The notes beneath the pieces were generated by a model. The model had not been told where the DNA came from. It saw nothing but the letters and a program-made list of their open reading frames with translations, and ran no database searches. The position numbers and the translations under genes are program-made. A DNA stretch of 64,000 nucleotides from Macrostomum lignano (Eukaryota), in the NCBI GenBank assembly GCA_002269645.1, contig NIVC01000845.1:124001-188000 (forward strand), given 5' to 3'. Positions 1 through 19,322 of this stretch are shown here, in pieces; position 1 is the first letter of the stretch, and each line of letters begins with the position of its first letter.

Positions 1-410
1 TCTGGTGAGGGTTCTTGTCACTCTGGTGAGGTTCTTGTCACTCTGTTGAGGGTGCTTGTCACTATGTGATTGCTTGTCACTCTGGTGAGGGTGCTTGTCA
101 CTCTGGTGAGGGTTCTTGTCACTCTGGTGAGGGTTCTTGTCACTCTGGTGAGGGTTCTTGTCACTCTGGTGAGGGTTTTTGTCACTCTGGTGAGGTTCTT
201 GTCACTCTGTTGAGGGTGCTTGTCACTATGTGATTGCTTGTCACTCTGGTGAGGGCGCTTGTCACTCTGGTGAGGGTTCTTGTCACTCTGGTGAGGGTTC
301 TTGTCACTCTGGTGAGGGTTCTTGTCACTCTGGTGAGGGTTCTTGTCACTCTGGTGAGGGCGCTTGTCACTCTGAGAGCGCTTGTCACTCTGAGGACGCT
401 TGTCACTCAG
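1..410. repeat. 21-bp minisatellite (cttgtcactctggtgagggtt)n, probably intronic
   Basis: Unit repeats about 19 times from the window start; it explains ORFs 18..512, 182..406, 230..493 and 234..419. Confidence 0.95.
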
Positions 411-585
411 CAGCCGTGATTGGGGACATAAACAGCAGCAGTTCATTATTAAGGCGCACACGCTCATCAAGCTTAGTGAATACAAACAGCTGAAGTTGAA
501 TGCACAGGGCATTCAAGGCTGGAATCTGCAAAACAATGCCACGATTCACCCCTGCTCCCAGTTCCAACTTTATGGAATAAAATGA
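411..585 (+). CDS. Possible terminal exon of an unidentified gene starting upstream of the window
   Basis: NAGNAG acceptor (cag-cag, 408-413) right after the minisatellite; open frame RDWGHKQQQFIIKAH...HPCSQFQLYGIK to TGA 583-585; AATAAA overlaps the stop. Product not recognised. Confidence 0.35.
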
Positions 586-1097
586 AATACATTGTTCAGC
601 CACTTCTGCCCCAGCGTCAGCCGCGTCGTGACAGATTCTAAAATCCCATCCCAAGTGTTACCATGGCTACTCCATGGAGTGGGGAGACTGGCGCTCACGC
701 CCACTTACCCTCTCATCATTGCCATCTCTTTGTAGTCAAACAGAGTTGACGATTTTATTTTAGCTCAGCACATGGTCTTTCTTAATTAATGTTGGCGACA
801 ATAGTTTGAACTCGTCTGTTGCTATGGCGACAGCGGCCCTGTCCGGTCAGAGCTGACCAGCCTCATAAATTATGAAGGCGATGAAATCGCAGCATTGTAG
901 GGTGAGGGGCCTCGATCTTAGACAGCAAAGTTCAAAGCCTTGAAAGTGCGCCGCGCCCACTGTCTGCCCGAGGTTGCATGAATGCTAATGAAGAGACACT
1001 GCTTGCCTGTCAGGTGACCATTCGCGGGCGTGTTTGCACTGTCGGGGTGCGAACTTACTGCTTTCTCTTATGCTGTACCTCTGTTAGCGTTTGCCTA

Positions 1098-2349
1098 ACT
1101 CTCTCTCTCCTCTCTCTTCTCTCCTCTCTCCTCCACCCCTGTCCTCTCTCTTCTCTCTCTCTCCTCTCTCCTTTCTCCTCTCTCTTCTCTCCTCTCTCCT
1201 CTCTCCTCTCTCCTCTCTCCTTTCTCCTCTCTCTTCTCTCCTCTCTCTTCTCTCTCTCTCCTCTCTCCTTTCTCCTCTCTCTTCTCTCCTCTCTCCTCTC
1301 TCCTCTCTCCTCTCTCCTTTCTCTTCTCTCCTCTCTCCTCTCTCCTCTCTCCTTTCTCCTCTCTCCTCCACCCCTCTCCTCTCTCTTCTCTCCTCTCTCC
1401 TCTCTCCTCTCTCTTCTCTCCTCTCTCCTTTCTCCTCTCTCCTCTCTCCTCTCTCCTCTCTCCTCTCTCTTCTCTCCTCTCTCCTCTCTCCTCTCTCCTT
1501 TCTCCTCTCTCCTCCACCCCTCTCCTCTCTCTTCTCTCCTCTCTCCTCCACCCCTGTCCTCTCTCTTCTCTCCTCTCTCCTCCACCCCTGTCCTCTCTCT
1601 TCTCTCCTCTCTCCTCTCTCCTTTCTCCTCTCTCTTCTCTCCTCTCTCCTCCACCCCTGTCCTCTCTCTTCTCTCCTTTCTCCTCTCTCTTCTCTCCTCT
1701 CTCCTTTCTCCTCTCTCCTCTCTCCTTTCTCCTCTCTCTTCTCTCCTCTCTCCTCTCTCCTTTCTCCTCTCTCCTCTCTCTTCTCTCCTCTCTCCTCTCT
1801 CCTCTCTCCTCTCTCCTCTCTCCTCTCTCCTCTCTCCTCTCTCTTCTCTCCTCTCTCCTCTCCTCTCTCCTCTCCTCTCTCCTCTCTCTCTCTCCTCTCT
1901 CCTCTCTCCTCTCTCTTCTCTCCTCTCTCCTCTCTCCTCTCTCCTTTCTCCTCTCTCCTCCACCCCTCTCCTCTCTCTTCTCTCCTCTCTCCTCCACCCC
2001 TGTCCTCTCTCTTCTCTCCTCTCTCCTCCACCCCTGTCCTCTCTCTTCTCTCCTCTCTCCTCTCTCCTTTCTCCTCTCTCTTCTCTCCTCTCTCCTCCAC
2101 CCCTGTCCTCTCTCTTCTCTCCTTTCTCCTCTCTCTTCTCTCCTCTCTCCTTTCTCCTCTCTCTTCTCTCCTCTCTCCTCTCTCCTTTCTCCTCTCTCTT
2201 CTCTCCTCTCTCCTCTCTTCTTTCTCTTCTCTCCTCTCTCTCTCTCTCCTCTCTCTCTCTCCTCTCTCCTCTCTCCTTCTCTCCTCTCTCCTCTCCCCTT
2301 TCTCCTCTCTCCTCTCTCCTCTCTCCTCTCCTCTCTCTCCTCTCTCCTT

Positions 2350-2408
<59 letters not shown>

Positions 2409-4740
2409 CTCCTCTCCCCTCACTCCTCCACCCTTGTCCTCTCTCTTCTCTCCTCCCTCCTCTCTCCTTTCTCCTCTCTTTCTCCTCTCTCCTTTCTCTT
2501 CTCTCCTTTCTCCTCTCCCCTTTCTCCTCTCTCCTCTCTCCTCTCTCCTCTCTCCTCTCTCTTCTCTCCTCTCTCCTCTCCCCTTTCTCCTCTCTCCTCC
2601 ACCCCTGTCCTCTCTCTTCTCTCCTCTCTCCTTTCTCCTCTCTCTTCTCTCCTCTCTCCTTTCTCTTCTCTCCTCTCTCCTCTCCCCTCACTCCTCCACC
2701 CTTGTCCTCTCTCTTCTCTCCTCCCTCCTCTCTCCTTTCTCCTCTCTTCTCTCCTCTCTCCTTTCTCTTCTCTCCTCTCTCCTCTCCCCTTTCTCCTCTC
2801 TCCTCTCTCCTCTCTCTTCTCCCCTTTCTCCTCTCTCCTCTCTCCTCTCTCCTCTCTCCTCCACCCCTGTCCTCTCTCTTCTCTCCTCTCTCCTTTCTCC
2901 TCTCTCTTCTCTCCTCTCTCCTTTCTCTTCTCTCCTCTCTCCTTTCTCCTCTCTCCTCTCTCTTCTCTCCTCTCTCCTCTCTCCTCTCTCCTCTCTCCTC
3001 TCTCCTCTCTCCTCTCTCCTCTCTCCTCTCTCTTCTCTCCTCTCTCCTTTCTCCTCTCTCTCTCCTCTCTCCTCTCTCCTCTCTCCTCTCTCTTCTCTCC
3101 TCTCTCCTCTCTCCTCTCTCCTTTCTCCTCTCTCCTCCACCCCTCTCCTCTCTCTTCTCTCCTCTCTCCTCCACCCCTGTCCTCTCTCTTCTCTCCTCTC
3201 TCCTCCACCCCTGTCCTCTCTCTTCTCTCCTCTCTCCTCTCTCCTTTCTCCTCTCTCTTCTCTCCTCTCTCCTCCACCCCTGTCCTCTCTCTTCTCTCCT
3301 TTCTCCTCTCTCTTCTCTCCTCTCTCCTTTCTCCTCTCTCTTCTCTCCTCTCTCCTCTCTCTCTCTCCTCTTCTCCTCTCTCTTCTCTCCTCTCTCCTCT
3401 CTTCTTTCTCTTCTCTCCTCTCTCCTCTCCCCTTTCTCCTCTCTCCTCTCTCTTCTCTCCTCTCTCCTTTCTCTTCTCTCCTCTCTCCTCTCCCCTTTCT
3501 CCTCTCTCCTCTCTCCTCTCTCCTCTCTCCTCCACCCCTGTCCTCTCTCTTCTCTCCTCTCTCCTTTCTCCTCTCTCTTCTCTCCTCTCTCCTTTCTCTT
3601 CTCTCCTCTCTCCTCTCTTCTCCCCTTTCTCCTCTCTCCTCCACCCCTGTCCTCTCTCTTCTCTCCTCTCTCCTTTCTCCTCTCTCTTCTCTCCTCTCTC
3701 CTTTCTCTTCTCTCCTCTCTCCTCTCTCCTCTCCCCTCACTCCTCCACCCTTGTCCTCTCTCTTCTCTCCTCCCTCCTCTCTCCTTTCTCCTCTCTTTCT
3801 CCTCTCTCCTTTCTCTTCTCTCCTTTCTCCTCTCCCCTTTCTCCTCTCTCCTCTCTCCTCTCTCCTCTCTCCTCTCTCTTCTCTCCTCTCTCCTCTCCCC
3901 TTTCTCCTCTCTCCTCCACCCCTGTCCTCTCTCTTCTCTCCTCTCTCCTTTCTCCTCTCTCTTCTCTCCTCTCTCCTCTCCCCTCACTCCTCCACCCTTG
4001 TCCTCTCTCTTCTCTCCTCCCTCCTCTCTCCTTTCTCCTCTCTTCTCTCCTCTCTCCTTTCTCTTCTCTCCTCTCTCCTCTCTCCTTTCTCCTCTCTCCT
4101 CTCTCCTCTCTCTTCCTCTCTCTTCTCTCCTCTCCTCTCTCCTTCTCCTCTCTCTCTCCTCCTCCTGTCCTCTCTCTTCTCTCCTCTCTCCTTTCTCCTC
4201 TCTCTTCTCTCCTCTCTCCTTTCTCTTCTCCCCTCTCTCCTCTCTCCTCTCCCCTTTCTCCTCTCTCCTCCACCCCTGTCCTCTCTCTTCTCTCCTCTCT
4301 CCTTTCTCCTCTCTCTTCTCTCCTCTCTCCTTTCTCTTCTCTCCTCTCTCCTCTCTCCTCTCCCCTCACTCCTCCACCCTTGTCCTCTCTCTTCTCTCCT
4401 CCCTCCTCTCTCCTTTCTCCTCTCTCTTCTCTCCTCTCTCCTCTCTCCTCCACCCCTGTCCTCTCTCCTCTCCTCTCTCCTTTCTCTTCTCTCCTCTCTC
4501 CTCTCTCCTCTCCTCTTTCTCCTCTCTCCTCTCTCCTCCACCCCTGTCCTCTCTCTTCTCTCCTCCCTCCTCTCTCCTCTCCCCTTTCTTCTCTCTCCTC
4601 TCTCCTCTCTCCTCTCTCTCTCTCTCTCTCTCTCCTCTCTCTCCTCTCTCCTCTCTCCTCTCTCCTCTCCCCATCCCTTCACTCCTCTCCCCCTCTTTCC
4701 TCTCCTATCTCCTATCTTCTCTCATCTCTCTCCTCTCTCC
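1098..4740. repeat. About 3.6-kb CT-rich homopyrimidine/homopurine tract with recurring ctccacccctgtcctctctctt motif
   Basis: Almost only C and T on the + strand; the 800-1255 aa S/L/P and E/R/G ORFs are compositional artefacts. Confidence 0.97.
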
Positions 4741-5369
4741 CTTAACCGATATTCAATGTATATAGCTGGTTTCAAGTTACATAATTTGCCTGAAGTGCTT
4801 CAATTTTTATATTTCTTCGGTGTAAATGAAAAATAAGCAACCCCAGCATATATTCCAGTCCAGGCCAGTTTCAGCTGGGAGTCCCTGGTCCTCCATTAGC
4901 CTCCTTCAGGCGCCCCTCGAACCAAAAGCAGACAAGAGTACCGATATTTCAGTGTGTTCACAGACTCATCTCAAACCCTGTTATTTACGCATCATAACGG
5001 TGCCGCACTAGGCATAGAGACGGAGAGAGATTTCTCCTGTTGCCAACAGCTCGCACACACCCACCATTGTGAGAGAGAATGCGCCTCTCAGATTGCAATA
5101 CAGTGTCTACATTTATGACCAACTTCAGTGTCTCGCCAAAACCCACTCAAAACCCCCTAGTCTTGGGCTGTCTCGGAAAGGGCTGTCTCGGACTTAGCCA
5201 CTTGAGTGGACCAGTATATGAGGCCTCTCCTGAGAGTATGAAATCATGGCTAATATTGGATGAGGCATTTGTCACTCACGGCTGGCGAGTAAAATTGTGC
5301 ACACAAGCGGCAGAATTATCGGTTGCTGGGGTTGCTGAATTCTATGCCAATATTTCTGTATTGCTTGAT

Positions 5370-6100
5370 TTCTCTCTTCTCTCCCCTCCCTCTCCGTTAC
5401 CGCTCTCTCCCTCTCTCCCTCTCTCCCACTCTCCCACTCTCCCACTCTCCCACTCTCCCACTCTCCCACTCTCCCACTCTCCCACTCTCCCTCTCTCCCT
5501 CTCTCCCTCTCTTCCTCTCTCCCTCTCTCCCACTCTCCCTCTCTCCCTCTCTCCCACTCTCCCACTCTCCCACTCTCCCACTCTCCTCTCTCCCACTCTC
5601 CCACTCTCCCTCTCTCCCTCTCTCCCTATCTCCGTCTCTCACGGCAACGAAATTTACAGAGCCTCCTGGCTCCCAATAAGTTCAAGTCTCAGCCAGGAAA
5701 CATTTAATCATTTTAACCAAAGCGCTATTTTTACCCTATTGAAGTACAATATTTATTCACGTGTCATTTATTTTATTTTATTCAAACTGCTTTATTGTAC
5801 GCTCAATATTGATTTTTATGCTCCTACCCCCAATACCGGCATTTCATCTAATCGTATGACGAAGCCTGACGAAGAGCCCAGAGGCTCGAAACCGGTAGCC
5901 CATATTAAATTAATTAGTCTTTTGATTTTTTTAAACACGCCGTGACCTCTCTTCTCTCTCTCTCTCTCTCTACCTCTCTCCCACTCTCCCTATCTCCGTC
6001 TCTCCGTCTCTCCCTCTCTCCCTCTCTCCCACTCTCCCTCTCTTTCTCTTTCTCTCTCTCCCTGTCTCCCACTCTCCCTTTCCCTATATACCTTTCTCCT
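5370..6100. repeat. 10-bp (ctctcccact)n arrays at about 5370-5640 and 5945-6090
   Basis: Tandem units visible directly; the same family recurs at 63840-64000. Confidence 0.9.
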
Positions 6101-6231
6101 CTTATTTTCCATTGTCCCTTTAATCTCTCTCATCCTGTCTTTCTCATTCATGTGTAGCCATTTTTTATTAGCACATTTATCCTTCCCAAAGTTGTTTGTT
6201 GGCAGCCAGCCAGAATGCAATTATTAACCAG

Positions 6232-9200
6232 CCCGTCCATGCGCCTTGCCAGACCGCTCCAAGACGTACATCGTGAAGCCGGACTCGGGCACCCAGGGCG
6301 ACGGGATCTATCTAATCCGCGATCCCAGCGAGTACACCCTGTCGAACAAGAGTCACGTGGTGCAAACCTACCTGCCCAATCCTCTGCTGCTGGACGGGTA
6401 CAAGTTCGATCTTCGAGTCTACGTCCTGCTGAAGAGCATCGAGCCGCTGCAGCTGTACATCTGCAAGGAGGGCCTGGCCAGGTTCTGCACTCAGCGCTAC
6501 GAGCGGCCTAGCCAGCGCAATATGGCCGAGGCCTTCATGCACCTGACCAATTACTCGCTGAATAAAAAGTCCGACACCTACGTGCACTCGGACGTTGACG
6601 GCCAGGGCAGCAAGCGGACGCTGAGCAGCGTGTTCTACCAGCTGGAGGCTCAGGCTCGGGATGTCGCCGGCCTCTGGCGGGCGATTGAAGCTCTGTGCGT
6701 CAAGACCATCATAGCTGTGCTGCCAGAGCTCATGGTGTGCGTGCATCACGAGATACCGCCCAACAGGCCCGGTCCAAGGTGCTTTCAGGTGAGTGGTTCA
6801 AAGACATGATGGGAGATTTTCAGGATACATACGTAAGATTCTCAATTTAAGATGGGGATGAGATACTCTAGATATGAGGAGGTTCCTAAGATTGGGGATT
6901 TCTAAGTTAGGGGATTCCCAAGATAGGGAGAGCTTCTCAAGATTGGGGATTCCCAAGATAGGGATTCCCAAAATAGGGGATTCCCAAGATAGAGGATTCC
7001 CAAGATAAGGGATTCCCAAAATAGGGGATTCCCAAAATAGGGAATTTTCAAGATAGGGGATTCTCAAGGTAGGGGATTCCCAAGATAGGGGATTCCCAAG
7101 ATAAGGGACTCCAAAGATAGGGGACTCCCAAGTTAGGGAATTCTCAAGATAGGGAATTCCCAAGGTAGGGGATTCCCAAGATAGGGGATTCCCAAGATAA
7201 TGGATTCCAAAGATAGGGGACTCCCAAGTTAGGGAATTCTCAAGATAGGGAATTCCCAAGGTAGGGGATTCCCAAGATAGGGGATTCCCAAGATAATGGA
7301 TTCCAAAGATAGGGGATTCCAAAGATAGTGGATTCCAAAGATAGGGGATTCCAAAGATAAGGGAATTCTCAAGATAGGGATTCCCAAGATAAGAGATTCC
7401 AAAGATAGGGGATTCCAAAGATAGGGGATTCCAAAGATAGGGGATTCCAAAGATAGGGGATTCCAAAGATAGGGGATTCCAAAGATAGGGGATTCCAAAG
7501 ATAGGGGATTCCAAAGATAGGGGATTCCTAAGATAGGGGATTCCTAAGATAGGGGGAGTCTGCAAGACGAAGTGAGATTCTCAAGACAGAAGAAGAATGT
7601 CAAGATTGAGAAATCTTGCGCAATCGGCGCCTCCAATCATCCCGTATCCCAATGACCTCCATCAGATCCTGGGATTCGACATCATGATTCTGGACGACCT
7701 GACCCCCATGCTGCTGGAGGTGAACAACAGTCCCAGCCTCCGGCTGGACTTTGAGAACGAACTTGTGCCAGGAATCAACGAGTACTCAGTCAGCGTCATC
7801 GATGTGCAAGTGAAAAAGCCGCTGGTGCACGACACCCTGCAGCTCGTCGAGTCCATGATGAGGCCGCTGAGTAGCCTGCCTGCTGCCTCGTGAGTCCTGG
7901 GGAGATAAACTAGCAATCCATTTTACAGACTTTGGTTCATGTGTGCATTAATCATAGATTAATGTAGGCTAGATTAGCAATCCATTCTGTTCATTTTTTA
8001 TTGATGTAGGCTAGATTAGCAATCCATTCTATTCCTTTATGATGTAGGCTAGATTAGCAATCCATTCTATTCCTTCATTGATGTAGGCTAGATTAGCAAT
8101 CCATTCTATTCCTTCACTGATGTATGCTAGATTAGCAATTCATTCTATTCCTTCATTGATGTAGGCTAGATTAGCAATCCATTCTATTCCTTCACTGATG
8201 TAGGCTAGATTAGCAATCCATTCTGTTCCTTTACTGATGTAGGCTAGATTAGCAATCCATTCTATTCCTTCATTGATGTAGGCTAGATTAGCAATTCATT
8301 CTATTCCTTCATTGATGTAGGCTAGATTAGCAATCCATTCTATTCCTTCATTGATGTAGGCTAGATTAGCAATCCATTCTATTCCTTCATTGATGTAGGC
8401 TAGATTAGCAATCCATTCTATTCATTCATTGGTGTAGGCTAGATTAGCAATCCATTCTATTCCTTCATTGATGTAGGCTAGATTAGCAATCCATTCTATT
8501 CCTTCATTGGTGTAGGCTAGATTAGCAATCCACTCTATTCCTTCATAGATGTAGGCTAGATTAGCAAATCCCTCCAAAGCAAAAACCTGAGACCCCTGTT
8601 TACCCCGCCACCCGAAGGCCCTCCTCATCAACGGGACGGCAGAAGCCGGAGCTGTCCGTGGCGACCCTCAATGGTGGCCGGCAGCTGCGGGGCGGCGCAG
8701 CAGCATCGTCGGGGACGGCGCCAAAGCTTCTCGCGGCGTCGTCAGCGCGGCCGCCGCAACAGGCGGCTGTAGCGGCGCGGGGCCCCGCCAATCGTCGACT
8801 CCGACTGCCGTCGCCGCCGCCGCGCTGCCTGACCTCCTCCTCCTCGTCGCCGTCTCCGCCCGCTTCTCCGCCGCCGCCGGCGCTGCCTCAGCCAGCAGAG
8901 GTGCCGCCGTCCAAGACAGTGGAAGCCGCCGCCCCTGTGGGTGTCAGCGTCGAGGTCACGGGCTGCCAGCCAGAGGGCCGGCCGCCGACCAGCTTGCAGC
9001 AGCATCCGCGCCATCATCACCACCATCAGCCGCAACGGCACGGCGGCAGGCGGCGGCGCAACTGGATCTGCGCCAACCGCGCCAACGTCTCCGCCAAGGG
9101 CAGCCGTGAAGCCTCGGCAGCCGCTTCAGCCGAGGGCCGTCCGCAGCATCATCCGTACGATGACGAGTACGAGGACGATGAAGACAATTGCATGGAGGAG

Positions 9201-10472
9201 ATTTTCCCCGCCAAGCACAAACAGCTGCAGGATCTGCGCGTGCTTGAGGGGCTCAAAGAGATTTTCTTAGCTGCCATCGGAGTGCGAACCAATTTGAAGT
9301 TGGGCTCCACCGCTTTTAGAAATTTTGCTCGCAAATGCCGGCTGCAGGAGAGCGGACTGCCGCTGGCCTCGGTCGACATCATGTACATCGATATGCAGCG
9401 GCGCTGGGAGTACCTGAGCTCAGATCCCACTGCCGGTGAGCATGCTGCTGACTGGTTGCAGATCCCCACTGATTGGTTGCAGATCCCCACTGATTGGTTG
9501 CAGATCCCCACTGATTGGTTGCAGATCCCCACTGATTGGTTGCAGATCCCCACTGATTGGTTGCAGATCCCCACTGATTGGTTGCAGATCCCCACTGATT
9601 GGTTGCAGATCCCCACTGATTGGTTGCAGATCCCCACTGATTGGTTGCAGATCCCCACTGATTGGTTGCAGATCCCCACTGATTGGTTGCAGATCCCCAC
9701 TGATTGGTTGCAGATCCCCACTGATTGGTTGCAGATCCCCACTGATTGGTTGCAGATCCCCACTGATTGGTTGCAGATCCCCACTGATTGGTTGCAGATC
9801 CCCACTGATTGGTTGCAGATCCCCACTGATTGGTTGCAGATCCCCACTGATTGGTTGCAGATCCCCACTGATTGGTTGCAGATCCCCACTGATTGGTTGC
9901 AGATCCCCACTGATTGGTTGCAGATCCCCACTGATTGGTTGCAGATCCCCACTGATTGGTTGCAGATCCCCACTGATTGGCTGCTAATCAAACCTTCACC
10001 TCCCGCATCCCGTCATCCAGGCCTCTGTTTCCAGGGCTTCGTGGAGGCCTTCTTCAAGATCGCGGAGCAGCGGGACCCGGCCTCGAGCCCTCTGCAGGCG
10101 GTGGCCCGCCTAGCCGACCACTGCCGCCGCTGCATGGGCCTCGGTGGCGGCAGCTTCAGCGGGAGCTTCGCCGCCAGCGAAACCATCGTCAGCCGTCAGC
10201 AGTCGCTGACAAAGGCGGCGCAGCAGCAGTCGAGAAAGAAGCCGTCGCAGCAGCAGCGGAGGAAGCCGCAGGCGTTGACGGAGAAAACCGGCGGTCCCGG
10301 AGTACACCGGAAAGTTTTGTTTTACTACGGACAGCGAGAGCCGAGCGGTTTGGAATTGGAAGCGGACGGTGATGAGGAGTTTGAGGACTGCTGGAATGGC
10401 GAGGGCGAGGGCGAGACTGACACTGGGTGGCGAATGGGACCGGCTTCCTGCCGAGCATTTGAGATCAGCTAG
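6232..10472 (+). CDS. TTLL11: Tubulin polyglutamylase TTLL11 (5'-incomplete)
   Basis: Exons: about 6232 (or 6253)-6788, 7666-7889, about 8618-9435, 10021-10472 (TAG). Motifs IVKPDSGTQGDGIYLI, VQTYLPNPLLLDGYKFDLRVYVL, MHLTNYSLN, PGPRCFQ|ILGFDI, LLEVNNSPSL. The C-terminal block CMEEIFP...KLGSTAFRNFARKC...VDIMYID...GLCFQGFVEAFF matches my recollection of TTLL11 specifically. The exon-3 acceptor is the least certain site. Confidence 0.92.
6890..7560. repeat. About 16-bp intronic minisatellite (ggggattccaaagata)n
   Basis: Fills TTLL11 intron 6789-7665. Confidence 0.92.
7960..8566. repeat. 39-bp intronic satellite (gatgtaggctagattagcaatccattctattccttcatt)n
   Basis: About 15 units in the TTLL11 intron; reverse complement of the array at 61960-63240. 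Confidence 0.95.
9450..9974. repeat. 21-bp minisatellite, 25 near-identical units (gattggttgcagatccccact)
   Basis: Inside TTLL11 intron 9436-10020; translates as (DWLQIPT)n. Confidence 0.97.
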
Positions 10473-10489
10473 ATTAGATGTCAGATTGA

Positions 10490-11420
10490 TGCCGCATACA
10501 TGTCAGCTAGATGCTGATTAGATGTCAGATAGACACCGAATAGATGTCAGATAGACACCGAATAGATGTCAGATAGACACCGAATAGATGTCAGATAGAC
10601 ACCGAATAGATGTAAGATAGACACATAATAGATGTCAGATAGACACATAATAGATGTCAGATAGACACATAATAGATGTCAGATAGACACATAATAGATG
10701 TCAGATAGACACCAAATAGTTGTCAGATAGATACCAAATAGATGTCAGATAGATACCGAATAGATGTCAGATAGACACCGAATAGATGTCAGATAGACAC
10801 ATAATAGATGTCAGATAGACACATAATAGATGTCAGATAGACACCAAATAGATGTCAGATAGACACCAAATAGATGTCAGATAGACACCAAATAGATGTC
10901 AGATAGACACATAATAGATGTCAGATAGACACATAATAGATGTCAGATAGACACCAAATAGATGTCAGATAGATACCGAATAGATGTCAGATAGACACCG
11001 AATAGATGTCAGATAGACACATAATAGATGTCAGATAGACACATAATAGATGTCAGATAGACACCAAATAGATGTCAGATAGACACCAAATAGATGTCAG
11101 ATAGACACCAAATAGATGTCAGATAGACACCGAATAGATGTCAGATAGACACCGAATAGATGTCAGATAGACACATAATACATGTCAGACAGACACCGAA
11201 TAGATGTCAGATAGACACCGAATAGATGTCAGATAGACACCGAATAGATGTAAGATAGACACATAATAGATGTCAGATAGACACATAATAGATGTCAGAT
11301 AGACACATAATAGATGTCAGATAGACACATAATAGATGTCAGATAGACACCAAATAGTTGTCAGATAGATACCAAATAGATGTCAGATAGATACCGAATA
11401 GATGTCAGATAGACACCAAT
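10490..11420. repeat. 22-bp minisatellite (atagatgtcagatagacaccga)n
   Basis: Starts immediately after the TTLL11 stop codon. Confidence 0.95.
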
Positions 11421-11940
11421 AGATTTCAACTATCAGCAAAGCATCATTTTAAACTAGAGGTTGTTTTTTTATTTTCTTTTCGAATCTCCTAAAGCACTAC
11501 TTTATTAGAGTAGTATAGTTGCAAGTGAAAGCTTCGCCTGTGGCTTGAAAACTAGAAAGAAAGTTTTACGGTGTAATTTTAAGCCCCCAAATTAAAAACA
11601 AAAAAACGCAGCTTTTCATTTGTCGATCCAACGACCTGAAATTCATATTTTGTTGCATTGCCCGGCCCGCTTTCAGCCCACAGACAGCCAAAGCTTACGA
11701 AGTTCTTCTTATTATTTGTTTGTTGTAGATCTCCGATTTATTTTTGTGTACAAAACTAGTTTGAATTTCTTTGATCCAACATTACAACTGCATGCGATGC
11801 TGAAATTTTTATAATAAACACTTTTCTAGTGCTAATTGTTTGTTTGCTTTGAATTTCTTGGAATCTGTCGCTTCAAGTTAAAATGAAGGTTGAATTTCGT
11901 GATTTTCTCTTTCCTTTATCCAGTGTCATCCCATCAGACT

Positions 11941-12356
11941 GAGTCTCCCATCTCACACTGCAGTGAGTCTCCCATCTCACACTGCAGTGAGTCTCCCATC
12001 TCACACTGCAGTGAGTCTCCCATCTCACACTGCAGTGAGTCTCCCATCTCACACTGCAGTGAGTCTCCCATCTCACACTGCAGTGAGTCTCCCATCTCAC
12101 ACTGCAGTGAGTCTCCCATCTCACACTGCAGTGAGTCTCCCATCTCACACTGCAGTGAGTCTCCCATCTCACACTGCAGTGAGTCTCCCATCTCACACTG
12201 CAGTGAGTCTCCCATCTCACACTGCAGTGAGTCTCCCATCTCACACTGCAGTGAGTCTCCCATCTCACACTGCAGTGAGTCTCCCATCTCACACTGCAGT
12301 GAGTCTCCCATCTCACACTGCAGTGAGTCTCCCATCTCACACTGCAGTGAGTCTCC
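11941..12356. repeat. 24-bp perfect minisatellite (gagtctcccatctcacactgcagt), about 17 units
   Basis: Identical units with no spacers. Confidence 0.97.
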
Positions 12357-12629
12357 ATCCATCTTTATTCCATCGGCGCGAACTGCACAGCCAGAATGAG
12401 TCAATTTTAAACTCCAATTTAACATGACAGCATTGCAGAATCGAACTCAGAACCTTTGCCATTGCTAGAGGATGAAACTTGATAAAATTTGCTTTCTGAA
12501 AGTAAATATATCAGAAACAATCTATTTATTTAGGAAAAAATTATTCATAACAGTGAGATTTTTTAACGATTGGAATTTCTCAATCACATGGATCAGTTTT
12601 CTATTATATATGAGCATAGTTAAACTTTG

Positions 12630-18770
<6,141 letters not shown>

Positions 18771-19159
18771 TTTGTGATTCTGTAAACTAAAGAAACTATT
18801 TGGTCTAGACTGAGTCTGCGCCAAAATTTGCTCACTTTAAGCTCTCTCTCTTTTATCTTGACAACCAAGATGCATAGAAACTTGAGCTACTGCTGCTGCT
18901 GCTGGTACAAGCGAGTACGGCAGTGGATGGGAGTACATTGCTTGGATAGAAAGAAATTGAAAAGCAAATAGAATAGAGTAATAGCTGACAGACTCATCTG
19001 TGTGCACCTGCCTCAGGTAACTGTAAGATGAGAAGAGTCCGCAAGCTCTATTAGCAGCCAGGAGTGCAGGCCACCCAGCAACCAGCTGCATTACTTTGCC
19101 AGCTTGTCTTTCCTCCCTCCCCCTGCGTGTGGTTAAATTCTAAGATGATAGAAACATTA

Positions 19160-19202
19160 GTTTAGATTAGATTAGATTAGATTAGATAAGATTAGATTAG
19201 AT

Positions 19203-19248
<46 letters not shown>

Positions 19249-19289
19249 CATAGATAGATGGATAGATAGATAGATAGATAGATAGATAC

Positions 19290-19322
<33 letters not shown>

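Noticed and set aside
978-4836. ORFs of 800-1255 aa (S/L/P-rich and E/R/G-rich)
   Set aside because: CT-only sequence cannot form stop codons; open in many frames on both strands.
11941-12356. CRISPR-like regular array
   Set aside because: Identical units with no unique spacers, no cas genes, eukaryotic context; the same holds for the other arrays.
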